Assembly: GCA_030390025.1 (NCBI GenBank)
Contig: CM059432.1
Location: forward strand, 115,694,001 to 115,758,000
Length of the DNA: 64,000 nt
Reading direction: 5' to 3'
Origin: Squalus acanthias
Lineage: Eukaryota
Shown here: one piece after another, positions 1 to 12,323 of the stretch
Position numbering within the stretch: the stretch's first letter is position 1
How the letters are laid out: the number at the start of each line of letters is the position of its first letter
Notes under the pieces: model-generated
What the model saw: the letters and a program-made list of their open reading frames with translations, nothing else
Databases searched by the model: none
What the model was told of the DNA's origin: nothing
Translations under genes and position numbers: made by a program

Positions 1-586
1 GTGCTTGCTCATTATCTGAAAGCATAAAGGCACAAGAGTCAGGTTAAGGTGAGGGGAGGGGGGCAGGAAGGGAGAAATGCATGCATACAGCATGATTAGC
101 TTGGAAGTGCAAAACGCTTGTGGTGTGAAGGGGAAGTGGGATGTGAGAAGAAGGACTAGGGATGAACATACCGTTGTTGTCCCCAAGGGGGTCAATGTTG
201 CCAGTGGCCACGGCGCCCACCACCTGCCGCCCAATAATATGCAGCACTCTTTCCTCCAGCTCAGACAGTGGTTGGGTGTCGGCTTGTCCCCCGCCTGTGC
301 GCTCCTGCTCCCTCCTGTTGTGAGCCACCTTGGCCTGCAAGAGAAAGGAAAGTGTGTGAGTGAATGTGGAGCAATGTGTTTGGGAGATGTGCCTGCCATA
401 GTTGAATAGCTGTCATTGTGTGCAAGGTGTGAGATGTGGGTGTGAGTGTTGGTAGGTGGAGATTGTTGGTGGGTGAGTGCTGGGGGTGTGGTGCTTTGGG
501 CAGTGTGTGAAGACTGTGCTTCAGATGGTGATATGTAGCATTTGTTGAAGCATTCACTCACCCTGACCACACAAGTGAGGTCGTTA
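1..586 (-). mobile_element. PIF/Harbinger Myb/SANT-like gene remnant (intron-containing)
   Basis: Exon end NDLTCVVR|gtgag at ~562 and exon 334-172 (AKVAHNRREQERTGGGQADTQPLSELEERVLHII) with AG/GT ends. NDL...K..HNRRE..TGGG is typical of Harbinger Myb-like proteins. Confidence 0.75.
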
Positions 587-1735
587 TTATTAACTTTAAA
601 TAAAACATTCTCATCAGGGAAGACAGCATTTTAGATTAAACTCCAACTGTTTTTAAACATTTTTAAAGAGGTTTCCAACCCCAAGATTTCCCAGCACAAT
701 GAAGATGAATAAACAAGCAGAATCAACTCAAATGTGCCAAAATTCCAATTCAAATCATTAAACAGTTAAGAAATTCAAAACTGCCAATGTAAAAGTCTCA
801 TGTCCAGAACTAGAAACCTTCACATAATTTAAAATAATAACCAGAATTTCACTGTGGTCGCAATGAAGGTCAAATTTTCACAATTTAATTGTTAACCTCA
901 ATAATTCCAATTTAATTCAGACCAATATTTTATTAACTAAACACAATACAGAACAGATAAAACAAAACAACATAGCACATGCTTACAAAAAACAGTCAAT
1001 TATGTCATCTATCTTTTTTATTCTTCAGGCGCCTTTTCCAATGACTGAAAAATATTGAATATAACTGGAGAAAAATTAGTTTTCACATTTAAACAAATCA
1101 AATCAAAGTGCTTTGGAAATTTCAAATCAAGTACCAGGCACCATGGCAACCATAACTTCAAGGCTGAATCTTGGAGTGAAACTTATCTTCTGTTAAACAA
1201 ACTTTTGTTTTTGCTTTTCTGATCCTTTCCACACCAGAGTTTTTAACTTAAATTGTAGTTCAACGTTTTTTTTTCCCAATTCTGGGTGCACAATCTTAAA
1301 TTAAAATGAACATACTTAACATATTCACACATTCACGCAACTTAGAAATATTGATCCCTGTAATGGGTTATGAACGTCAAGAGTACCAAATTTTATTATG
1401 TGATATTCCCAGGTCGTGAGCCTGTTCACAAAGTTTAAATCAATTCAAAAATCAAAAACATGGTTCAAGTATCTCACAAATAATACACGTGTATACCTCC
1501 ATAAATCAATAAACAAACTTAAAACAACACATGCTTGTAGGAAAAACATCAATTAAACATACTTCCAACTGAAAGACAAGACTACAAAGGGTTAAACGGC
1601 TTTTAGTTTTGTGCACAGAAAAGTGGGTGGAGCTAAAACAAACATAACAGACACTTTTTTAAAGACAGAATTTCAGACAAAGGAAACGCTGTAACTTTCT
1701 AAACATTCATAGTCAGGAAAACTTCCACACTTTAA

Positions 1736-3454
1736 GGCTGCGATTTCGCCTACCGAGGCAGGTCCAGTGCGGCTGGGGTCGGTGGCGGGGTGTGACCCTG
1801 CTGCTGGCTCCAGCCTGCTCTGAAATGATTTTACGCTGATTGGGCTTGTTAAGCCCGCCCAGCGCGTTTGCCAGCCAATTGAAGGAAGTGGGTCTGATGA
1901 GGTCACTTGATTATTCGTCATCAGCCGGTTTCCTTAAAGGGACCATGTGCAAATTGATTTTGACTGTTGTGCTGTCAGCGTTCTACAGCATTGAGGTGCT
2001 GCAAACACTGACAAGCACTGCACAAAGGTGCATGGCTGCACCCAGGCTCTCCCTTCACATGGACGGATGAGACCTCCCCCGAGATCAACACTGCATGGTT
2101 GTACATTGCACAGGAGGACACAAGCAGGGATGTTGTTAGGAGGACCAGGCTGCAGTGGTGCAAACCTTTCAATGATCTCAGTAGATCAGGATACGTTACT
2201 GTAAAGCCACACTCAACCTCATCCTGCTGTGCCACCCATCAAATCCCCATCACTCTGCCTTCCCTACCCTACTCCTGTAAATCCTTACTCACACCAACTT
2301 ACCTTGCACCTCCACCCATCCCTCTCTATCTACATTATCACTTCCCCATCTCACTAGCCATCCCTCACACTCACCCTCATCCTAGTCCAATCATACCAAC
2401 TAACAACACACAAGGGTAGACACTTGGGTGTTTTAGCCAATGTTTATGTGAAGTTTCTGTTAATGTGCTGTCAAACATTCAATTCTTTATTTTCAACACT
2501 TTGCATTCTTGGACAGATTTCTGTGCACCTTTGGAAGTGTCTTAGTGAGTTCCAGTGAATGGTGAGACATAATGGTACTCCCTACAATGGCAATGAGTGT
2601 GACATTAATGGCTTGGGCATTGTAGGGATGCTTTATGGTGTTGGTGTAGGGTGGTGCCAGCCTGGCGCATCATGTGGCAGCCAGGGTGTACAGTGTAATG
2701 TTAAATAAATCTGGCTATGGTGAGGCCATCCCTGGCATCCCGGGTTGCAATGTTGACGGGTGCTGATGCCCTGTGTCCTGTGCAACATCAGGTGATTGCA
2801 GAGAATGTTGGTGTTGTTGGTGCTGCTGGTGTGCCTGGTGATGCTGGTGTTGGGGCTGATTGTGGTGGGATTCTGAGGACCAAGGTGAGATTTTTTCAAG
2901 GGCACCGATGCTGATGTAATAGATGGCAGGTGAGGTTGAGATGACAGAAGTGATCTGTCAATGGTGAGAGAGGTTGTTCCAAGGAGGTGACACTGGATAG
3001 AGAGTTTGCTCCAAACACTTGCAAGTTGCATAAAGCTCAATCTGTCTTCCAAATGCAGTAAGTAACAGTTTCTGACCTTGGAAAGTGAACAGATGTGAGA
3101 TGGGAGCTTTTAAAGACCATTTGCAGCTGTCAAGTAAATAAATCATCCCATGCTGACACAACACGCAGCCTCCTTACCTGATGTGACCCCCGAGCAGTGG
3201 GGAAGTCGTGGGCGAAGTCTTAAAATCTAAAGGTAAGCTTAAAATAGTTTTTAAGTGCCTGCTAACAAGCTCTTAATCCTTTAAATTGCCTCCCCTGCCA
3301 CTTGGTGTCGGGTCTGTTCAGCGCTGACAGACCCGACATCTGGGAAAGTCGCGTGGAGGCGGGTTGACAGCAGGTTCCTGCCCTGCTGTCAAAAATTTTT
3401 TCCCACCCGACCCGCCACCAAACGCATCTGCTGACCCCCCGAAAAATTCCCCCC
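1736..3454 (+). mobile_element. Non-autonomous PIF/Harbinger DNA transposon with degenerate Myb/SANT remnant
   Basis: Ends GGCTGCGATTTC...GAAAAATTCCCCCC with TAA on both flanks (3-bp TSD). Internal remnants AAPRLS and WCKPFNDLSRSG at ~2030-2190. Confidence 0.75.
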
Positions 3455-4303
3455 TAACACATACTTTCACACAACTGAAATTCCAGCATCCTTTAAAGTT
3501 CCTTTCACTCAGTAATCTTGTGTTTTATTTTTCTCGTCACAGAAGCTGGCAGCATGTACCATCAGCTTCAGCGACGGTTTCAACTTTACGATTCTTTTTT
3601 CTGCCTTTTGAACAGTCGTCTCAGCAGCTCGTCTTGATTTCCCTGTGTTTTCCCTTCATTTGCTGAGTTCCCAGATTCCTGGTTTCGAGCTGCTGGCATT
3701 CTTTTTCCCTCTATTATTTTCTGCATTTCCAAATATTCCCCTTCTCTTATTCTCAGTGCTTCTAAATGTTTCCCTTCCCTTACTTCACCGCGCTGCGCAC
3801 AGAAATGGGCTGCATAGCCTGACGAGCGCTTCCCTTTGTCTAATTTGACCTTCCCCAGAAACACTTGGCTCTGGACCCTCTCTATCCCCTTCTGATATGA
3901 GTCTCCTTCTGGACTCATCAGAAACGATATTAAAACAGTTACACTTAATTTTCAGAACTCTTTAACAGTGGCGTGCTCAACTTCTGTCAAGCCCGCCATT
4001 TCTACTAATTTGTTGTTATTACTACTGGTAGCTCGCAGTGACCTACACCCCCTGAAGGTTTTCCTTCCTTAACTGACTGGGTTGCGCTAACCACACCAGT
4101 CCTAGGATCTTACTTGTACCGAATAGTTTATAAAATAATTATCTGTCAATCAACCTCCTGACTCGGCTCACCAATCAAATTGCTGCTCGGTTACTGTAAT
4201 GTACTAAGTCTTGCTTGTGCTGAATAAAGTTAATTAACTGTCCCCAATACGGGTCAACCTCGAATCATTTGGAACCAGGGTCACTCTGAGATCTTATATC
4301 TCA
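3455..4303 (-). mobile_element. 5' portion of a decayed LTR element: deleted 5' LTR, PBS-like site, gag-like ORF remnant
   Basis: 4177-4303 is homologous to one end of the solo LTR at 56896-57933. It is followed on the minus strand by TGGTGAGCCGAGTCAGGAG (4173-4155, tRNA-Arg-like PBS) and an ATG at 3999 in frame, through one stop, with ORF 3918-3586. Confidence 0.55.
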
Positions 4304-4695
4304 ACCTGCCCTGCCACCTTCAAAGATTTGTGTACATACACCCCCAGATCTCTCTGTTCCTGCACCCACTTTAGAATTGTACCATTTAGTTTATATTGCC
4401 TCTCCCCATTCTTCCTACCAAAATGAATCACTTCACACTTCTCTGCGATAAATTTCATCTGCCTTGAGTCTGCCCATTTCACCAGTCTGTCTGTGTCCTC
4501 CTGAAGTCTGTTACTATCCTCCTCACTCTTTACTACATTTTTGAGTTTTGTGTCATCTGCAAACTTCGAAATTATGCCCTGTTTACCCAAGATATATTAA
4601 TATATATCAGAAAGAGCAGTGGTCCTAATACCAACCACTGGGGACACCACTGTATACTTCCCTACAGTCTGAAAAGCAACTGTTCATCACTACCC
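4304..4695 (-). mobile_element. CR1 LINE ORF2 fragment
   Basis: SKFADDTKL...KCEVIHFGRKN...QRDLGVYVHKSLK. Confidence 0.9.
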
Positions 4696-5049
4696 TCGTG
4701 ACTCCGGCGGGTTTTCTGAGCAGGGGGAAGGAGTTGTGTTTGGGCCCGCACGCTATGAAGTTTTGACTCCATACCGTGCATCTTTTTTCTCCAGAAGCTA
4801 GCCTGAGAGACAAGCTTGGCTCCCTGTTGGGCATGAAACGCTCTGGAGGAGGAAGGGCACCTGCTGCGGGATTAGTGATAGCGTGGGGTGGGGGGCTCGA
4901 TCCTGGGGAGGTGGGGTCCGATCCTGGTGGGGTCCGATCCTGGGAGAGGGGCCCGCTCCTGGGGGTGATCCTTCGAGGGGTGTGGGGGGGCGGAGGGGGT
5001 GTGGGGGGTGGGTGTGCGTTCCTGGGGGGAGGTTGATGATACTGAGGAG

Positions 5050-6180
5050 GGAGGTCAGCGATGCTGGGGGGAGGTCAGCGATGCTGGGGAGAGGTCGGCG
5101 ATCCTGGGGGGAGGTCGGTGATCCTGGGGGGAGGTCGGTGATCCTGGGGGGAGGTCGGTGATCCTGGGGGGAGGTCGGTGATCCTGGGGGGAGGTCAGCG
5201 ATCCTGGGGGGAGGTCGGTGATCCTGGGGGGAGGTCAGCGATCCTGGGGGGAGGTCGGTGATCCTGGGGGGAGGTCAGCGATCCTGGGGGGAGGTCAGTG
5301 ATCCTGGGGGGAGGTCAGCGATCCTGGGGGGAGGTCGGTGATCCTGGGGGGAGGTCGGCGATCCTGGGGGGAGGTCGGTGATCCTGGGGGGGTTCGGTGA
5401 TCCTGGGGGGAGGTCAGCGATCCTGGGGGGAGGTCAGTGATCCTGGGGGTCGGTGATCCTGGGGGGAGGTCGGTGATCCTGGGGGAAGGTCGGTGATCCT
5501 GGGGGTCGGTGATCCTGGGGGAGGTGATCCTGGGGGGAGGTCGGTGATCCTGGGGGGGGGTCGGTGATCCTGGGGGGGTTCGGTGATCCTGGGGGGAGGT
5601 CGGTGATCCTGGGGGGAGGTCGGTGATCCTGGGGGGAGGTCGGTGATCCTGGGGGGAGGTCGGTGATCCTGGGGGGAGGTCGGTGATCCTGGGGGGAGGT
5701 CAGTGATCCTGGGGGGAGGTCGGTGATCCTGGGGGGAGGTCGGCGATCCTGGGGGGAGGTCGGTGATCCTGGGGGGAGGTCAGTGATCCTGGGGGGAGGT
5801 CGGTGATCCTGGGGGGAGGTCGGCGATCCTGGGGGGAGGTCGGTGATCCTGGGGGGAGGTCAGCGATCCTGGGGGGAGGTCAGCGATCCTGGGGGGAGGT
5901 CAGCGATCCTGGGGGGAGGTCGGTGATCCTGGGGGGAGGTCGGTGATCCTGGGGGGAGGTCGGAGATCCTGGGGGGAGGTCGGTGATCCTGGGGGGAGGT
6001 CGGAGATCCTGGGGGGGTTCGGTGATCCTGGGGGGAGGTCGGTGATCCTGGGGGGGGTTCGGTGATCCTGGGGGGAGGTCGGTGATCCTGGGGGGAGGTC
6101 GGTGATCCTGGGGGGAGGTCGGCGATGCTGGGTTGAGGTCGGCGATGCTGGGTTGAGGTCAGCGATGCTGGGTTGAGGTC
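5050..6180. repeat. 20-bp G-rich minisatellite (GATCCTGGGGGGAGGTCGGT)n
   Basis: Directly visible tandem array of roughly 55 units by length, with a degenerate lead-in from ~4885. Confidence 0.97.
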
Positions 6181-7200
6181 TTCTTCCTCCTCCCCCTCCA
6201 AAGAGGATCTGAGCTCTTCGCCTCGTTCCTCCTGCAGATCCAAGCCTCACTGTTGCGCAATGTTGTGCAGAACGCAGCACATCACGGCCATTCTGGAGAC
6301 CCTGGCTGGTGCGTACTGAAAGGCGCTTCCAGATCTGTCCAGGCACCTGAAGCGCATCATCAGCATGCCGATGGCCTGTTCAATCACACATCTGGTGGTG
6401 ATATGGCATTCATTGTAGTGCTGTTGGGTTTCAGTGGTCAGGTTTCTGATGGGTGTCATCAGCCAAGTGTGCAGTGGGTATCTCTTGTTGCCTAGCAGCC
6501 ACCCCTTAAATCTGCTTCCAGGTGCGAAGAGATCAGGGAGGGTGGACTGGCGCAGGACGAAAGCATCATGGAGGCTGCCCGGGAATCTTGCACACACCTG
6601 CATTGATGGAGTGGAAGCCCTTGCGGTTCACGAATACTCCTGGTTGTTGTTGCGGTGCATGGATTGCCATGTGTGTGCGGTTGATGGCACCCTGCGCCTG
6701 TGGGAAGCCAGCCAGAGACACAAAGCCAAGTGCCTGCCATTCTGACTGGCATCATAATTGGCAAACAAGCCATCAGTCACCTGTCTTATGCATTTGTGGG
6801 CAGCTGACTGGGAGATCCTGGATATGTCTGTGGCAGAGCCCTGGAACGATCCAGAGGCAAAAAAGTTGATGGCGGTGGTGACTTTGACAGCCACAGGTTA
6901 AGTGTGGCCACCAGGTCCAGCAGGCAGCGGGTCTTCTTCTAGGAGGCTGCAGATGTCGGCCACCACCTGATGTGACATCCTGAGCCTCCTGAGACACTGG
7001 TGTTCAGACATGTCAAGGAAACCAAACCTCTGCCTGCAGACCCTGTTTCATGAGTATTGCTTCCTGCGAGCTGCACCTTTCTGCTGGTCCCCTCTCTGCT
7101 AAGGAGCTACAGGTTTGTGACCAGCAGGCTGCACGTGCTGTTGCTGGTCACCTTGGTCCTCCTCTGAGGTCCAATCTAAGGCAGCATAAGTGGCACCCAT
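6181..7200 (-). pseudogene. HARBI1-like PIF/Harbinger DDE transposase, frameshifted
   Basis: ATG at 7200. Motifs [71 protein letters not shown] and [10 protein letters not shown] lie in different frames. Confidence 0.9.
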
Positions 7201-7267
7201 GCTGATGTGATAGAACAAACTTCCAAAGTGTAGAAAGTAACCTCTCAGCAAAAGTACAGTGAACAAT

Positions 7268-7786
7268 CCTAAGAAAGGATATACTTGCCATAGAGGGAGT
7301 GCAGCGAAGGTTCACCAGACTGATTCCTGGGATGGCAGGACTGTCGTATGAGGAGAGATTGGGTCGACTAGGCCTGTATTCACTAGAGTTTAGAAGAATG
7401 AGAGGGGATCTCATTGAAACGTATAAAATTCTGACCGGGCTAGACAGACTGGATGCAGGGAGGATGTTTCCCCTGGCTGGGGGGTCTAGAACGAGGGGTC
7501 ACAGTCTCAGGATACAGGGTAGGACATTTAGGACTGAGATGTGGAGAAATTTCTTCACTCAGAGGGTGGTGAACCTGTGGAATTCTCTACCACAGAAGGC
7601 TGTGGAGGCCAAGTCATATTTAAGAAGGAGATAGATAGATTTCTAGATGCAAAATGCGTCAAGGGTTATGGGGAGAGAGCGGGAATATGGTACTGAGATA
7701 GAGGATCAGCCATGATCATATTGACTGGCGGAGCAGGCTCGAAGGGCCGAATGGCCTACTCCTGCTCCTATTTTTCTATGTTTCTA
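7268..7786 (+). mobile_element. CR1 LINE 3' fragment
   Basis: QRRFTRLIPGM...LEFRRMRGDLIETYKIL...FFTQRVVNLWNSLP, then CR1 3' UTR and (TTTCTATG) tail. Confidence 0.92.
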
Positions 7787-8350
7787 AACCCTTTCCCACT
7801 AGCAGGTAAGAAAGCAGCTGTGGGTACTGAGTATTTATTGGCATATTTCCCTGAGATTGATTCAGCCCTTCAATTGCCGCTGTGTTCTCGCCTTCCTTTC
7901 ACTGTCGAGTTTCAGGAAGCCTGGGAAACCCGTGGTCCCGACGTTAAACTGAAAAGTGTGTTGAAATATCGCTCTAATTGAGCGATTAACATAAGGTCAT
8001 TAGCAACCCGCCTCTCCCGAGGGGGTTGCGCACATACAGCCTAACACGCTCCAGCGAAACGCAGAAGTCAGTGGGTTGGAGCCGGCTTTCCAACACACTG
8101 ACATTTCACCTGGTTTTAACCCCCCACCCACACCCAAACCCACGCGCTCTTCCAGGTTATACCTTCCTGTTTGCAGTGTGACAATCCCACTGAAGCTTGC
8201 TGGCAAATTGTGCAAACTGCATCTGCTCAGGCTGCCACATTCCCTTCAGCTGACTCTGGGAAAAATAGAAACCTCAAGTCCAAGCTTTTGTGAGAAGCTG
8301 CGGCCTACAAGTATAATCCCAAATCAAGGTACTCAAAAACACAAACAACT

Positions 8351-8585
8351 CTACTTTCCCGCCCTATCCCCAAATCCTTTGATTCCTCTCGAGGCCAAAA
8401 GTCTATCTATCTCAGCTTTGAATACACTCAATGACTCGGCCCCCACAGCTCTATGGGGCAGAGAATTCCAAAGATTCACAACCCTCTGAGTGAAGAAATT
8501 CCTCCTCATCTCAGTCTTAAATGGCCGAGCCCTTATCCTGAGACTGTGACCCCTAGTTCTAGACACTCCAGCCAGGAGAAACAAT
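8351..8585 (-). mobile_element. CR1 3' fragment interrupted by a MITE (resumes at 11138)
   Basis: TRGHSLRIRARPFKTEMRRNFFTQRVVNLWNSLP; sequence rejoins as gagaaac|aacctctcagcatc. Confidence 0.88.
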
Positions 8586-11137
8586 GGCTGGAATTTTCGT
8601 CTAAAAAAAGGGGTGGGTTTGGAGCGTGTTGGCAGTTAATTGTTAAATATGGAATTCCTGACCCGAGCCCGCCGCCAACCCGCCCGCTTCCCGACCGAGC
8701 CCGCTGCCAACCCGCCCGCTTCCCGACCGAGCCCGCCGCCAACCCGCCCGCTTCCGGGTTTAACGGAGGTGGGACGAGGGCAGGACGGGGGCGCGGGCGA
8801 CCAACCCGCTCAGGGGACGGACCGTCAATTTAAATATGATAATGAGGCTAGAAGCCTTTTTCTTCACCTCCATTTTGTGTTTAACAGCAGGTGGACAGAT
8901 TTTACACAATTCGTGAAACCCGGCAGTTAAACCAACACAGGGACTGCTGCATCCAGGAGGTAAGTGGCTTTATACCTACCTCCTGGATCCAGGGTCCGGA
9001 CGATATGCACCCCCCGCGATCGGAGACCCCCCTCACAAGGCCTCCGATCCCCACCATGAGCCCTCCCCCCCACCCCACCGATGATGCTGAGGCCGGCCCC
9101 GATCCTCTCTCCCCCCTCGATCCTCTGGCCTACCCCCTCCACCCCGCTAATCCCCGCTCCCCGACTGAACCCCGCGATCCCCGACCGAGCCCCCCCGCGA
9201 TCCCCGACCGAGCCCCCCCGCGATCCCCGACCGAGCCCCCCCGCGATCCCCGACCGAGCCCCCCCGCGATCCCCGACCGAGCCCCCCCGCGATCCCCGAC
9301 CGAGCCCCCCCGCGATCCCCGACCGAGCCCCCCCGCGATCCCCGACCGAGCCCCCCCGCGATCCCCGACCGAGCCCCCCCGCGATCCCCGACCGAGCCCC
9401 CCCGATCCCCGACCGAGCCCCCCCTGCGATCCCCGACCGAGCCCCCCCCACTCCCCGACCGAGCCCCCCCCGCTTCCCCGACCGAGCCCCCCCACTCCCC
9501 GACCGAGCCCCCCCGCTTCCCGACCGAGCCCCCCCACTCCTCGACCGAGCCCGACCGAGCCCCCCCCGCGATCCCCGACCGAGCCCCCCCCTCCCCGACC
9601 GAGCCCCCCCACTCCCCGACCGAGCACCCCCCTCCCCGACCGAGCCCCCCCCTCCCCGACCGAGCCCCCCCCCTCCCCGACCGAGCCCCCCCGCTTCCCG
9701 ACCAAGCCCCCCCTCCCCGACCGAGCCCCCCTCCCCGACCGAGCCCCCCCCCCTCCCCGACCGAGCCCCCCCCTCCCCGACCGAGCCCCCCCTCCCCGAC
9801 CGAGCCCCCCCCGCGATCCCTGACCGAGCCCCCCCACTCCCCGACCGAGCCCCCCCCTCCCCGACCAAGCCCCCCCCCCGCGATCCCTGACCGAGCCCCC
9901 CCCACTCCCCGACCGAGCCCCCCCCCGCGATCCCTGACCGAGCCCCCCCTCCCCGACCAAGCCCCCCCCGCGATCCCTGACCGAGCCCCCCCCACTCCCC
10001 GACCGAGCCCCCCCGCATCCCGACCGAGCCCCCCCCACTCCTCGACCGAGCCCGACCGAGCCCCCCCCGCGATCCCCGACCGAGCCCCCCCTCCCCGACC
10101 GAGCCCCCCCTCCCCGACCGAGCCCCCCCACTCCCCGACCGAGCCCCCCCCATCCCCGACCGAGCACCCCCACTCCCCGACCGAGCCCCCCCCTCCCCGA
10201 CCGAGCCCCCCCCTCCCCGACCGAGCCCCCCCCGCGATCCCTGACCGAGCCCCCCCCACTCCCCGACCGAGCCCCCCCTCCCCGACCAAGCCCCCCCCGC
10301 GATCCCTGACCGAGCCCCCCTGCTTCCCGACCGAGCCCCCCCTCCCCGACCGAGCCCCCCACCTCCCCGACCGAGCCCCCCCCCTCCCCGACCGAGCCCC
10401 CCCCTCCCCGACCGAGCCCCCCCCTCCCCGACCGAGCCCCCCCGCGATCCCTGACCGAGCCCCCCCCTCCCCGACCGAGCCCCCCCTCCCCGACCGAGCC
10501 CCCCCCTCCCCGACCGAGCCCCCACCTCCCCGACCGAGCCCCCACCCCCTCCCTCCCCGACCGAGCCCCCACCCCCTCCCCGACCGAGCACCCCCCCGCG
10601 ATCCCCGACCGAGCCCCCCGCGATCCCCGACCGAGCCCCCCCGTGATCCCCGACCGAGCCCCCCCATTCCCCGACCGAGCCCCCCCGCGATCCCCGACCG
10701 AGCCCCCCCATTCCCCGACCGAGCCCCCCCCGCGATCCCCGACCGAGCCCCCCCATTCCCCGACCGAGCCCCCCTGCGATTCCCGACCGAGACCCCCCCA
10801 CTCCCCGACCGAGCCCCCCCGCGATCCCCGACCGAGCCCCCCGCGATCCCCAACTGAGCCACAGCCAATCCCTGAGCCCCACCCGCTCCCCCCCCCCCAT
10901 GACCCCTCCCCCAGACCGAGCCCTCGCTCCCTCTCTTCAGCTGCAAGCCTACCCGCCCGCAGCCAGGCGGCCTCTCAATCTGGCTGACTGCGGGCGGGAA
11001 ACTGAGGCCTCACATGCAAATCAGGCCCTGCCGTTAAAGTCGGCATGGCCTGTGGGAAACCCTGCCTCCAGGGTTTCCCACCTGCATCGGAGGCCCCCCC
11101 ACCACCCCCAACCCGCCAACTGCAGAAAATTCCGGCC
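8586..11137 (+). mobile_element. Harbinger-type MITE inflated by an internal minisatellite
   Basis: TIRs GGCTGGAATTTTC / GAAAATTCCGGCC, 3-bp TSD AAT/AAC, inserted in CR1. The right part is homologous to the short element at 25129-25683. Confidence 0.82.
9170..10925. repeat. C-rich ~19-23-bp minisatellite, core CCCCGACCGAGCCCCCC
   Basis: Directly visible. Homogeneous 22-bp units at the left, mixed variant units to the right. Confidence 0.97.
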
Positions 11138-12323
11138 AACCTCTCAGCATCAACCCTGTCCATCCCCCTCAGAATCGTATATGTTTCCCCTTAAATCCAT
11201 CTGTGCTATTCGCCTCAACCATTCCATGCGGTAGTCCGTTCTCACCACTCTCTGAGTAAACAAGAATGGCATCGGAATATTTCCAAAACGTATTTTGGGA
11301 GAGTTGACTGGTTCAGTTTCCCTTTGTAGATTTTGGTTAAATTTTGTAGTTTCTGAATTGTGATTTGTTGAATATGAAATTTGAGCAGATATTAATGTTA
11401 ATATTCATCTGTGACAATGACTTGTGAGCAGGTCAAAGTCCATGATGGTAAAGTGGAAAACTGAAAGTGCGACACAACAAACAGCAAGTGAGTGCTATTG
11501 TACTGTTTCTATGACAAAGTTTCCAATACAAAATCAGTGCTGAAACCTCACCCTTTGGGGGGAATCTTAGCCCCCAAGAACGGATGGGTTGTGGACGGGT
11601 GGGTAGTTAAAATAATTGATTTTTGGATCGCGACCGCTACCCGGCTCCAACGTTTGGATGCCTGCGAGTAACCTACTCACCAAAGTGAGCGGTAGTTATC
11701 GGTGCAGTTAACATCCTTAGGAGATGTTAATGAGGGCTTTTTAAATTGAATTTAACTTAGTTTTAAATTTAATGCCTCCAGCATGGGTTTCCCAGGGCTC
11801 GGGAAACTGACCAGTGAAACGGAGGTGAGATTGAGCCGCAGTTCAGGTGGGTGTTTAAACTTGTGATTGCCCCATCTGAAGAAAAGCTCACTTATTGCAG
11901 CTGGTGTTTCAGTTCCCTCTGGCAAATGTTTGGCAGAGTTCTTGTGTGGATACAACTTTTTCTAAGCTTTCAAATTGACATGATCAGGATGTTGGATGTG
12001 TGTTGACAGCACATCAGAAGAGGAAGACCATCCCATCATCCACGAAATCAACATGTGCACAGGAGGGAGCTGCACAGGAGGGAGCTGCACAGGAGAGGGG
12101 CTGAGCTAGCAGGAGGCACTACCCACGTCACAGGGTGTACAGAGGCTCAGCTTCCTTGACCTCTCGGAAGTCAGTGCTTCCACAGGCTGAGATTGTCATG
12201 TCAGGTGGTGGCAGACATCTGCAGCCTCCACCTGTTGGACCTGGTGGACACGCACTACGAGTGGCTGGGAAGGTCACCACCACCCTCAATTTCTTTGCTT
12301 CTGGTTCCTTCCAAGGTGCTACC

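Noticed and set aside
6181..7200. Domesticated host gene HARBI1 (also at 11980-15750) or NAIF1/MSANTD (16900-17170)
   Set aside because: Multiple copies with frameshifts, stops, nested insertions and TIR context indicate transposon relics.
8891..10987. Long Pro-rich and Gly/Arg-rich ORFs (up to 657 aa) resembling collagen, extensin or viral repeat proteins
   Set aside because: Translations of a GC-rich minisatellite open in most frames and lying inside a MITE.
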